Shown here one piece after another: positions 51,360 through 59,541 of a DNA stretch of 64,000 nucleotides. Under the pieces are notes generated by a model. It was not told the DNA's origin. It was given only the letters and a program-made list of their open reading frames with translations, and made no database searches. The DNA comes from Candidatus Micrarchaeota archaeon (lineage in GTDB: Archaea > Micrarchaeota > Micrarchaeia > Anstonellales > Bilamarchaeaceae): contig CAZKHX010000002.1 of the NCBI GenBank assembly GCA_964552755.1, positions 88,903-152,902 on the forward strand, written 5' to 3'. Position numbers and translations under genes: made by a program. Numbering within the stretch: position 1 is the first letter of the stretch; every line of letters begins with the position of its first letter.

Positions 51360-52625
51360 ATGGACCCGATAGGCACTCTGCTGGCGATATGGGTTCCGGT
51401 CATTGCGGCCGCAGTACTCGTATCCATAGCCCTTTCCGCCCTTATCTACGCAGTGGGTTCCTTCCTCAACAATGAGCAGGTGAAGGCGAACGCCCGCATG
51501 GGCGTGGTTGAGGCATTCTACTCCATCGTGATACTTGTGCTGGCAGGCATGCTCTTCTCCCTTGCAAACGGAGTTGCGGAAGGCGTGATAGATGCCTCGC
51601 ACCCCGCGCCCAATATCTGCTCCAGCCCGATTTTCTCCTCTCCCGCCTACCAGGACCTTCCGTGCCACCTTGCATTTGCCAAGAGCTTCCTGAATTCCCT
51701 TTTCGCGCAGGGCGCGGACCATGGCTTCGGCATGCTCCGCACGAACATATGGTTCTCCTTCATCTCGAGCATAGGCATAAGCATAGACTTCAAGGAGCAC
51801 AGCATGGGCTCGCCCAGCATGAGCCCGTTCAGCGGCATATTCGACATGCCCTCCTCAACATATTCCTATATGTTTGACTTCACCAGCAAGGCGCTCATGC
51901 TGACCAAGTTCCAGGAGATATTCATCTCGTTCATAGGCATTTCTCTGGGCCCCGTCCTTTTTGTCGTGGGCACCGTGCTGCGCGCGTTCAACCTCAGCCG
52001 CAGGCTCGGCGGCCTGCTGATGGCGATTGCCGTCTCCCTCTATTATGTCTACCCGATATTCATGGTGATGGGCGGCATAGTGTTCGACAGCATCGCCGCG
52101 GCCGCGCCGGACAACAAGGTGCTCTCTGCGATGTACGTGGACATGGGCCCCCTCTACCCGCCCGGCTACACTTCCGATGGGCAAATGATTGGCGAGGCCG
52201 GGTTCACGGACGAGCAGATAGCGAGCGGCGAGGCCCTGCAGGCCTACGGCGGGGCCCTCGAAAGCATCTGCCAGCCAACATCCGATGAGGATTTCGATGC
52301 CGCAACCACCGAAGTCAGCGCATGGACCGACAGCCTCGCGGAGATGGACTGGTGGTCCTTTGCCACCGGCAAGACGTTCTCCTCCATCCGGGGCTTCCTT
52401 TCCCCCAGCGGCCTCACGGCCGGCGGCTCCGAAGCAACCCGCGATTCCCTCCTGATACAGGGCATAACCGGCAAGCGCGGCATAATAGACAACACCTCAC
52501 GGCTCGTGTTCTTTTCATTTTTCTTTTCGTTCCTTTCGATAATGTCTACAATCGCGGCCATAAAGGGCATTTCGGGGATGCTGGGAGGGGACATAGAGAT
52601 AGCGGGGCTTACGCACCTGGTGTGA
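51360..52625 (+). CDS. Polytopic membrane protein, paralog C
   Basis: 421 aa. Motifs NEQVKANARMGVVEAF and GTVLRAFNLSRRLGGLLMAIAVSLYYVYPI; C-terminal LGGDIEIAGLTHLV. 1-nt gap after B. Confidence 0.8.
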   Translation: MDPIGTLLAIWVPVIAAAVLVSIALSALIYAVGSFLNNEQVKANARMGVVEAFYSIVILVLAGMLFSLANGVAEGVIDASHPAPNICSSPIFSSPAYQDLPCHLAFAKSFLNSLFAQGADHGFGMLRTNIWFSFISSIGISIDFKEHSMGSPSMSPFSGIFDMPSSTYSYMFDFTSKALMLTKFQEIFISFIGISLGPVLFVVGTVLRAFNLSRRLGGLLMAIAVSLYYVYPIFMVMGGIVFDSIAAAAPDNKVLSAMYVDMGPLYPPGYTSDGQMIGEAGFTDEQIASGEALQAYGGALESICQPTSDEDFDAATTEVSAWTDSLAEMDWWSFATGKTFSSIRGFLSPSGLTAGGSEATRDSLLIQGITGKRGIIDNTSRLVFFSFFFSFLSIMSTIAAIKGISGMLGGDIEIAGLTHLV

Positions 52626-52628
52626 AAA

Positions 52629-53897
52629 ATGAAGATGGAAATGGGGAAACCGGCGCTGCTCGTTGCGTTGTTCCTAATCTTGATGCTGCCCCTCCATGCA
52701 CAGGCCTCCACGCCGGGCATCCCCGCGCCCGCGGCCCCCGCAGAATCAATTGAAGCCCCGGATGAGCCGGTGGGTGCCGGCTTCACCACGCCCATTATTG
52801 GGGACACGATAGACCGCTCCCTGATTAGTTTCTCAAACGAAATGGACAGGCTGGGCACGTGCGGTGTCGCGGATGAGGACCTCAGCACATGGATATTCAC
52901 GCCAATGTTCATCGCCCTCATAGTGGTCATTTTTGCAATCACCATAATGTACATGCTCAGCACGCTTTTCACCGCGCCTGCGCTGGAGGCGTTCTCAAGG
53001 CAGGAAGCCTATGAGGTGATGCTGACCGTGGCAATCGCCCTCACATTCTTCTCGGTCGCCGGCCTCGTGGACAGCGTGGTGCTGGGCACGAGTGGCGAAA
53101 CCGGCCTCTTTGACCGTGGCATGGAATACTCAAAGGTAATCGCCCTCAAGCTCACGGGCGACATAGTCTACGTGGGCGTGATGAACACCGGCCTGTACAT
53201 GTACTCCTCCACCACCTTCCGGTTCGGGGGGCCGCTGCACCAGGCGGTGCGCTTCAACATCGGCCCCATACTCAAGCCGCTGGTGGACCTTTTCGGAGTT
53301 GCTGCCAACCTCCTGGCCCTGTCCCTTGGCACGTGGCTTGCGAACATAAACCTGCTCTGCTTCATAAAGCGGGTGGCGATGCCGATATTCCTGCCCCTTG
53401 GGCTGTTCATGCGTGCGGTGCCTCAATTGCGGGGCGGCGGCAACGCCCTGATAGCGTTCGCCTTTGCCTTCTTCATCATCTATCCGCTCATGCTCAGCAT
53501 AAACTACGACATATACAATTTCAAGTATGGCGCGTACACCCACGAAAGCTTCACCAGTGACCATGACAACGACCCCGCCACCCCCGAAATAACGCGCTAT
53601 TACAGCAGCCCGCTCAGGAACCTCATGAACAATTTCATGCTTGACAGCGGCCTCATCGGAATGGGCATAATGCTGGCAGGAATAGTGCTTTTGGGCGGCG
53701 GCGCGCTGGGCACCCTTTGGTTCTTCTTCATCACGTTTGGCTCGATTGCGATGATATACGACCTGGTATTCACCGTATTCATACTCAGCATATTCCTCCC
53801 CCTGCTCAACATATTCGTGACGCTCACTTTCGCGAGGGAAATCGCGAAATTCCTGGGCACTGAAATAAACATAACTGCATTCACCAAACTGATATGA
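52629..53897 (+). CDS. Polytopic membrane protein, paralog D (with cleavable-looking signal peptide and N-terminal extension)
   Basis: 422 aa. Signal peptide MKMEMGKPALLVALFLILMLPLHAQAS; motifs APALEAFSRQEAYEVM and LPLGLFMRAVPQLRGGGNALIAFAFAFFIIYPL; C-terminal LGTEINITAFTKLI. Confidence 0.8.
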   Translation: MKMEMGKPALLVALFLILMLPLHAQASTPGIPAPAAPAESIEAPDEPVGAGFTTPIIGDTIDRSLISFSNEMDRLGTCGVADEDLSTWIFTPMFIALIVVIFAITIMYMLSTLFTAPALEAFSRQEAYEVMLTVAIALTFFSVAGLVDSVVLGTSGETGLFDRGMEYSKVIALKLTGDIVYVGVMNTGLYMYSSTTFRFGGPLHQAVRFNIGPILKPLVDLFGVAANLLALSLGTWLANINLLCFIKRVAMPIFLPLGLFMRAVPQLRGGGNALIAFAFAFFIIYPLMLSINYDIYNFKYGAYTHESFTSDHDNDPATPEITRYYSSPLRNLMNNFMLDSGLIGMGIMLAGIVLLGGGALGTLWFFFITFGSIAMIYDLVFTVFILSIFLPLLNIFVTLTFAREIAKFLGTEINITAFTKLI

Positions 53898-55003
53898 GGC
53901 GAAGCATGGCAAGCGCAATGTCGGAGGCACTCTGCCCGGACCTGGCCGCTGGGTTCTTCATCCCCACATGGCAGGCGCTGGTAGGCGCGGCCCTTCTTGC
54001 CTCCATCGGCCTCATCGCATTCCTCTACATGGTGAACCGCTTCTTCCAGAACGAGCAGGGCGTTGCCTGGGCAAAGGTGGAGCTCTTCGAGGCCTTCATA
54101 ACCGTTGCGATAATGATAGGGGTGATTGCGCTCGCCAACGCCGCATGCGGAGTGAATGTGGGCATCCTGTTCCCCAGCTCGGATATTGCGGACATGAACA
54201 TATATGACGCCTCTACCTACTACCTCGAGACCTTCGGGGACACCATGACCACGATAATGAGCACTGTCTACTATTTCTACGTTTTCTACATAGACATCCC
54301 AAGCACGATGACCCTCACTGCATGGCCCATGGGCCTCGGCACCCGCATCCAGCCCCTCGCGGGCGCGGGCGCAACGGTAAAGCCGCCCCTCATCAACGCA
54401 ATGAACATGATGACGATGGCCATAATAATCACAAAGGCCCAGCAGTTCCTCGTGGACTTCTTCACATTTGCATTCATGAAATACTACCTGCCGCTCGGGG
54501 TCATAATGCGCGCATTCGCGCCCACCCGGCGCATAGGCGGGACACTGATAGCGATAGCGCTGGGCTTCATGTTCGTTTACCCGTTCCTCATTATCCTCGA
54601 CGGCGAGATGATGATATGGCCGTTCAACTCATTTTGGGAGTTCGTCGCAAGGGCATGGACGCTGAGCGGCGAAGAGGGCGGGATAGGGGGTTATACATTC
54701 GGGGGGGACTTTGGAGTCCCTTTCAAGGATTTCTGGGACTCGGCCAGGAACTACATCAGCAGCGGCTGGGGCCTGCTCAACCCGGCCAGCGGATTCGACG
54801 TGCTGAGCAATTTCATGTCCGGCCTCATAGGGGCCGCCGCATTCGTTGTGCTGTTTTTCATCGCCAACACGATTGCCTTCGCATTCCTGATGGGACTGTT
54901 CTTCCCGGCATTCAACACGCTTATATTGGTAACAACGATAAGGTACCTGAGCAAGACGCTCGGTGAGGAGGTCGACGTGACGAACCTTACGAGGATGGTA
55001 TAA
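53894..55003 (+). CDS. Polytopic membrane protein, paralog E
   Basis: 369 aa. Motifs NEQGVAWAKVELFEAF and LPLGVIMRAFAPTRRIGGTLIAIALGFMFVYPF; C-terminal LGEEVDVTNLTRMV. ATGA overlap with D. Confidence 0.8.
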   Translation: MRRSMASAMSEALCPDLAAGFFIPTWQALVGAALLASIGLIAFLYMVNRFFQNEQGVAWAKVELFEAFITVAIMIGVIALANAACGVNVGILFPSSDIADMNIYDASTYYLETFGDTMTTIMSTVYYFYVFYIDIPSTMTLTAWPMGLGTRIQPLAGAGATVKPPLINAMNMMTMAIIITKAQQFLVDFFTFAFMKYYLPLGVIMRAFAPTRRIGGTLIAIALGFMFVYPFLIILDGEMMIWPFNSFWEFVARAWTLSGEEGGIGGYTFGGDFGVPFKDFWDSARNYISSGWGLLNPASGFDVLSNFMSGLIGAAAFVVLFFIANTIAFAFLMGLFFPAFNTLILVTTIRYLSKTLGEEVDVTNLTRMV

Positions 55004-55977
55004 TGGCATGGGAGACGGCTGCTTTCGCCGCGGTGCTGCTTTCCTTCGGGGTAGCCGCGCTGCTGATTGCGCTTTCCCGCGCCTTCCAGTACAAGGAGCT
55101 CGAGCAGTGGGCAAAGGCGGAAATGATTTTCGCCCTTTCCACCGTATTCATAGCCGCGCTGCTGGTCGCGCTGTTCACGCAGGGCGAGCAGATCGCGCTC
55201 GAGGTCGCGAAGCACTTCATGATGCTTGGCTATGCGCAGCAGGGCATTTACGTCAGCGAAGCCGCCCTCGGAGGCGGAGAGGCGACGCTCCTCTCCTTCG
55301 CGAAATTCTACATGTCGCAGGTTTTCGACTGCATGGTCACCTACTATTCATTCATCTACTTCATCAACATCCCGATTGCCCATGGCGCAAGCATGTCGGC
55401 TGACGCATGGATGGCGGACGCGATTTCCGGATGGTTCCTGAACAGCTTCGTGCAGACGTTCATGAACTTCTCCAACCAGATTGCCTTCACCCTCTTCATC
55501 TACTACGTATTCGTGCACATGCTCAACTTCGTGGAAGCCACCGCGCTGCAGGTATTCCTCCCCGCGGGGATACTGCTCCGCGCCTTCCCGCCCACGCGGG
55601 GCGTCGGCGCCTACGTGCTTGCATTCGTAATCGGGTTCTATTTCGTATTCCCCCTCGCCTACATAATGCTCGCTGCGATGTATCCCGTTTCCCACGTTGC
55701 CTGCGACATATTCTCCGACGTTTCCCCCACGCCCGCGATGTGCGGGCTGGAAAATCCGGGCAAGCCCTTCGAAACGCTCCTCTGGGCCGATGCGAACACC
55801 CAGGCGCTGCAGGCCTCCCTCTCCAGCATCCAGCAGGCAATCAGCGGCTTCTGCGTGGGCATGTGCTGCCTGCCGTTCCTTGCGATGGTCGTCACCATGA
55901 GCGCTATCCTTTCCGGCACCAACCTTCTCGGGGCGAATCTCCCGGAAATCGGCCGCGGCTTCGTCAAACTGATATAA
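55003..55977 (+). CDS. Polytopic membrane protein, paralog F
   Basis: 324 aa. Motifs KELEQWAKAEMIFAL and LPAGILLRAFPPTRGVGAYVLAFVIGFYFVFPL; C-terminal LGANLPEIGRGFVKLI. TAATG overlap with E. Confidence 0.8.
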   Translation: MAWETAAFAAVLLSFGVAALLIALSRAFQYKELEQWAKAEMIFALSTVFIAALLVALFTQGEQIALEVAKHFMMLGYAQQGIYVSEAALGGGEATLLSFAKFYMSQVFDCMVTYYSFIYFINIPIAHGASMSADAWMADAISGWFLNSFVQTFMNFSNQIAFTLFIYYVFVHMLNFVEATALQVFLPAGILLRAFPPTRGVGAYVLAFVIGFYFVFPLAYIMLAAMYPVSHVACDIFSDVSPTPAMCGLENPGKPFETLLWADANTQALQASLSSIQQAISGFCVGMCCLPFLAMVVTMSAILSGTNLLGANLPEIGRGFVKLI

Positions 55978-56010
55978 AGTTTTAAAAGCTCCACAGAAGA
56001 GTGTGTTCCC

Positions 56011-56559
56011 ATGAAAAAATTCATCCTCGACACAAGCCTATTCGTGAACCCGGCCGCGCGCACCGCCTTTGGCAAGACCCCGCAGGCCTCTGTGGACGGC
56101 TTCGTGAAGAAAGTGAAGAAGGCGGACGCGGAATTCTACATGCCGCCCTCGATATTCAAGGAGCTCTCCTACTTTGCCGAGGACCTCAGCAGGCTCGAAA
56201 CCATAGTGAAGAAGCGCGCACCGAACATCTATTCCATTTACCTGCCTGCTGCAGTATTCCACGAGATAATTGACGATGTGCGCAGGAGGATGAACAAGGG
56301 CCTCAGGCTCGCGGAGGAATTTGCGCGCGACAACCGGCCGGACAACGACGAGAAGCTCCGCAAGCTGCGCGAGAAGTACCGCGAGGCGGTGCGCACCGGC
56401 ATCGTCGACTCGCAGGAGGACTTCGAGATAATACTCCTCGCCTACCAGCTCGAGGCGACCATAATCACCCTGGACGAGGGCATCATCCGCCTCGCGAACC
56501 GCATCGGTGTGCAGTACCTTGAGGCGAACAAGTTCCCCGCGCTTCTCAAGACGCTCTAA
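56011..56559 (+). CDS. RNA ligase partner protein (MJ_0950 family, PIN-like)
   Basis: MKKFILDTSLFVNP N-terminus (PIN acidic residue), about 180 aa, adjacent to an Rnl3-type ligase. Confidence 0.7.
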   Translation: MKKFILDTSLFVNPAARTAFGKTPQASVDGFVKKVKKADAEFYMPPSIFKELSYFAEDLSRLETIVKKRAPNIYSIYLPAAVFHEIIDDVRRRMNKGLRLAEEFARDNRPDNDEKLRKLREKYREAVRTGIVDSQEDFEIILLAYQLEATIITLDEGIIRLANRIGVQYLEANKFPALLKTL

Positions 56560-57614
56560 TCAGTCTGCGCATAGCCCTCAAGCGCCCGCCGCGCGCGGCG
56601 GCTCCCTTCCTTGTATACTTTATAGAATACTATAGCAATGTGCTTCCCGCTTTTCTTGGTGCTCTCCACCTCTATCCTCACTTCCTTCCCCATCTGCCGC
56701 TTTATCTTCTCCCAGGTATCTTCGCTGCTCACGCGCACCCTGAACCGTTCGCGCACCTCCCCTCCGCCGGATGCAAGCATTTCCTCCAGCCCGGAGTGCA
56801 GCGCTTCCCCAAGCCTCTGCGCATACTTCCTCTTGTCCAGCCCGAGCTCGTTCACGGAAATCGCGGAGCGGAAAACCCTCTGCTTCATGAAGCCCGCGGG
56901 CATGTCAAAGACCTGCGCGGAATTCTGCGCCAAATCATGGATGTCTGAAGAAGGCACAACGTATTTCATCAATTCGCGCTTCCCAATCCCGCGCAGGACC
57001 ATCCCCTCTTTCCCCTGCGCATCCAGTCTCCGCGCAAGCTTCCTCAGCCCTTCGGCATCGCCTTTCCCGAACTTCCCGAGGAAAGGCACCATCTCCAGCC
57101 CGGCCTTCCCCCCCTCTTTCCTCCGGTCAAGCGCCTTCAGGTACCTCTTCCTGCCGTTCCCTATGTCGAACACGAGATATTTCACATCGTATTCATCGGT
57201 GGGCGGAGTATGCGGCGTATTCCCAACCATCTCGCCGTACAATACGGCATGGGGGTGCGCCTCAAGGAACCCGAGCACCTTTTCATCCATGTTAAGCTTC
57301 TCTGAGCAGAAATGGTCCACGAGCCCGCTGCGGGAGAAGCACATCACCTTTCCGCCAAAAAGCGCGGCCCGCACATTGAATCCGTCTATTTTCTCTTCTG
57401 CAATAAATTCAGGGGAATTCATGTTCCTTCCAATGCCCGCCCCCAGCGAGAAAATCCTCCTTATTTTCGGGAAGCCGTAAATCACCCTTTTGCCCACTAC
57501 TACCGTCCCGCGCGGGACCGGGCCAACTGCCTGGGAGAAGCGGTAAACGCCGTCACTTAGCGTGATGCGCTTTTTTCTTAGCCCCTCCCTTATGTGCTGC
57601 CTCAGGCTTTTCAC
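56556..57614 (-). CDS. ATP-dependent RNA ligase, Pab1020/Rnl3-like
   Basis: Nucleotidyltransferase motif I EEKIDGFNVR (KxDG), LYGEMVG and EGMVL. The N-terminal region resembles Pab1020-type ligases. Confidence 0.75.
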   Translation of the reverse strand: MKSLRQHIREGLRKKRITLSDGVYRFSQAVGPVPRGTVVVGKRVIYGFPKIRRIFSLGAGIGRNMNSPEFIAEEKIDGFNVRAALFGGKVMCFSRSGLVDHFCSEKLNMDEKVLGFLEAHPHAVLYGEMVGNTPHTPPTDEYDVKYLVFDIGNGRKRYLKALDRRKEGGKAGLEMVPFLGKFGKGDAEGLRKLARRLDAQGKEGMVLRGIGKRELMKYVVPSSDIHDLAQNSAQVFDMPAGFMKQRVFRSAISVNELGLDKRKYAQRLGEALHSGLEEMLASGGGEVRERFRVRVSSEDTWEKIKRQMGKEVRIEVESTKKSGKHIAIVFYKVYKEGSRRARRALEGYAQTD

Positions 57615-58941
57615 TGTGCTCTCCCTCCTCCTCTTTCTCTTCCCCGGTTTCTTCCTCCGTTTCCTCGACCCCCTTTACCTCCTCGACCTCCTTCTCAACC
57701 ATCTCTTTCTCTTCTGTGGAGGGCTCGCCCCTTTTCCCGAGGTACACCCAAATGGTGGTGAGCACAATCGAGCCCACAATCACCACGAAGGCAATTTCAG
57801 GGAACGTGCTCGCCTCGTTGTACAATTGCGTGAACGTGTCATGCGCAAGGTATGGGGAGTTGTCCAGTATGTACATCATCGGGTAGCTCGCAAGCACCGC
57901 AGTTGCAAGGCCCCTCGGCATTACCGAATTGAACTTTGAGCGGTACGCCGCAAGGTCGCTCTTCCAGAATGCAATCTTTGTGGCAGCCCAGCGCGCAACA
58001 ATAAGCGCGGCAATCAGCCCCACCCCTATCCCCACGAAATAGGTGCTGCTGATGGAAACCAGTATGCCCATGTAGACGAAGAAGAAAGTCCGCACCAGGA
58101 AAGTGATCTCCCCATGGAACTCCACCACCTGCGTGCGGCCGGAAACGTTGAACTTGAACATCTTCCCGATTTCCCGGTAATTGCCCAGCACAATGCCGAA
58201 GAGCAGGGCGGCGATCGCGCCGCTGCCCCCTATGAAATCGGTAAGCACGTATGCGATCAGCAGTATCGCGAGCGTGAGTATGTAAGAGAACTTGTAGCTC
58301 TCCATCCTCTTGCTCAGGCTTATCCAACCCATGCCGAAAACGAGCCCCATCACCACGCCTATTGAGATGAAGGAGGCGATTTCCTTCCCTGCGCCCTGTA
58401 TGGTGATTTCGCCGCCCACAAGCAGGGTAGTGAGTATGATGGTAAGCACGACGCTGAGCACGTCCGTGGTCGCGGATTCGAGGGAAAGCGCCTGCACCGC
58501 CTTCTTTGTCATTGTGAGCCCCTCAGCAATCGGCCCGACCATCTCCGAAGCGGTGCCCGCAAGTATCGCGCCGAGTATTATCCCGAGCATCAGGTTGTAG
58601 CCCAGTGCCACCCATATCCCCGCAACTACGGCGATAGAGAATACAGTTACTATGGCCGCAAGCAGCAGCGCCCGGTTGCTCTCGTGCACAAGGCGGTAGA
58701 TGTTCATCTGCATGCCGCCCCCGAACGTGAGCAGCAGAAGGGCGAGCGGGTTGATGAGGAACTGCATGCTCTCCAGCAGCTGCACGTCAAGGAAGCCCAG
58801 CGCGGGCCCCAGCGCGTACCCGATGAGCAGCAGCAGGAGCACGCCCGGGATGCCTATCTTCCGGAACATCACTTCCCCTGCGAACCCCACGAATATTATC
58901 CCTGCAATCAGCGCGAAAAAGATTTCAGTTTCAAAAGCCAT
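57553..58941 (-). CDS. Cation/proton (Na+/H+) antiporter, CPA family, with acidic/basic C-terminal tail
   Basis: About 11-12 TM helices with typical CPA1 N-terminal organisation (IGIPGVLLLLLIGYALGP). The roughly 70-aa tail is E/K-rich. Its last 62 nt overlap the start of the ligase gene. Confidence 0.75.
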   Translation of the reverse strand: MAFETEIFFALIAGIIFVGFAGEVMFRKIGIPGVLLLLLIGYALGPALGFLDVQLLESMQFLINPLALLLLTFGGGMQMNIYRLVHESNRALLLAAIVTVFSIAVVAGIWVALGYNLMLGIILGAILAGTASEMVGPIAEGLTMTKKAVQALSLESATTDVLSVVLTIILTTLLVGGEITIQGAGKEIASFISIGVVMGLVFGMGWISLSKRMESYKFSYILTLAILLIAYVLTDFIGGSGAIAALLFGIVLGNYREIGKMFKFNVSGRTQVVEFHGEITFLVRTFFFVYMGILVSISSTYFVGIGVGLIAALIVARWAATKIAFWKSDLAAYRSKFNSVMPRGLATAVLASYPMMYILDNSPYLAHDTFTQLYNEASTFPEIAFVVIVGSIVLTTIWVYLGKRGEPSTEEKEMVEKEVEEVKGVEETEEETGEEKEEEGEHSEKPEAAHKGGAKKKAHHAK

Positions 58942-58945
58942 TTCC

Positions 58946-59449
58946 TCACCATGGGACCGATTTCAGGCCCAGCCTGTTCGCTGCGAAATTTGCCGCTATG
59001 TGCAGCAGGTATGTCAGTATGAGTATAAACACTATTGCCCCGGCATCATACATGGAGGCCGCGAACGGGTATGCGAGCAGCAGGCCCACCAGCACGAAAT
59101 CCAGCTGGTCCAGCAGGAACGGCTCGCCCTCGCCCAGCCCCATCCGCCTCTTTATGAAGCTCCCGAGCACATCCCCGATGAGCGCGCCGAAGGAGAGCGC
59201 AATGCCGGAGAGCATCTGCGCGTGCGCCCCAATCGCGAGCGGGTATGCGTAAACAAGAATCCCTGCCGCAAGCGTGCCTGCAGCCACCCCTCCAGCGAAG
59301 CCCCGCATGGTCTTGGTTTTCCCGAAGATGGGCTTCCCGTCGCCCCACTTCGCCCCAAAGTCGAGCGGCGCCCCACCCCCGAGCAGCACTGGCGCTGCAT
59401 TGGCAACATAGCACGGGAGGACGAACGCAAGCGCAGCCACCAAATCCAT
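58946..59449 (-). CDS. carS: CDP-archaeol synthase (DUF46 family)
   Basis: LPCYVANAAPVLLGGGAPLDFG...GKTKTMRGFAGG, about 167 aa and 5 TM. A TTTTATAAAT box (minus strand) lies 22-35 nt upstream. Confidence 0.75.
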   Translation of the reverse strand: MDLVAALAFVLPCYVANAAPVLLGGGAPLDFGAKWGDGKPIFGKTKTMRGFAGGVAAGTLAAGILVYAYPLAIGAHAQMLSGIALSFGALIGDVLGSFIKRRMGLGEGEPFLLDQLDFVLVGLLLAYPFAASMYDAGAIVFILILTYLLHIAANFAANRLGLKSVPW

Positions 59450-59541
59450 TGCTTCCCATTTGCCCAGGTAAATTTATAAAATGAGTTCGCCCTCGGCCCC
59501 AATCGAAACCTATAAATACCTTCATGTTCATAATTAAACAC

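Noticed and set aside
49166-55977. Possibility that the six similar membrane genes are an assembly artefact or recent tandem duplication
   Set aside because: The nucleotide sequences are highly diverged, with only short protein motifs shared. Lengths differ (323-422 aa) and each junction has a distinct coupled stop/start. This is an ancient paralog set.
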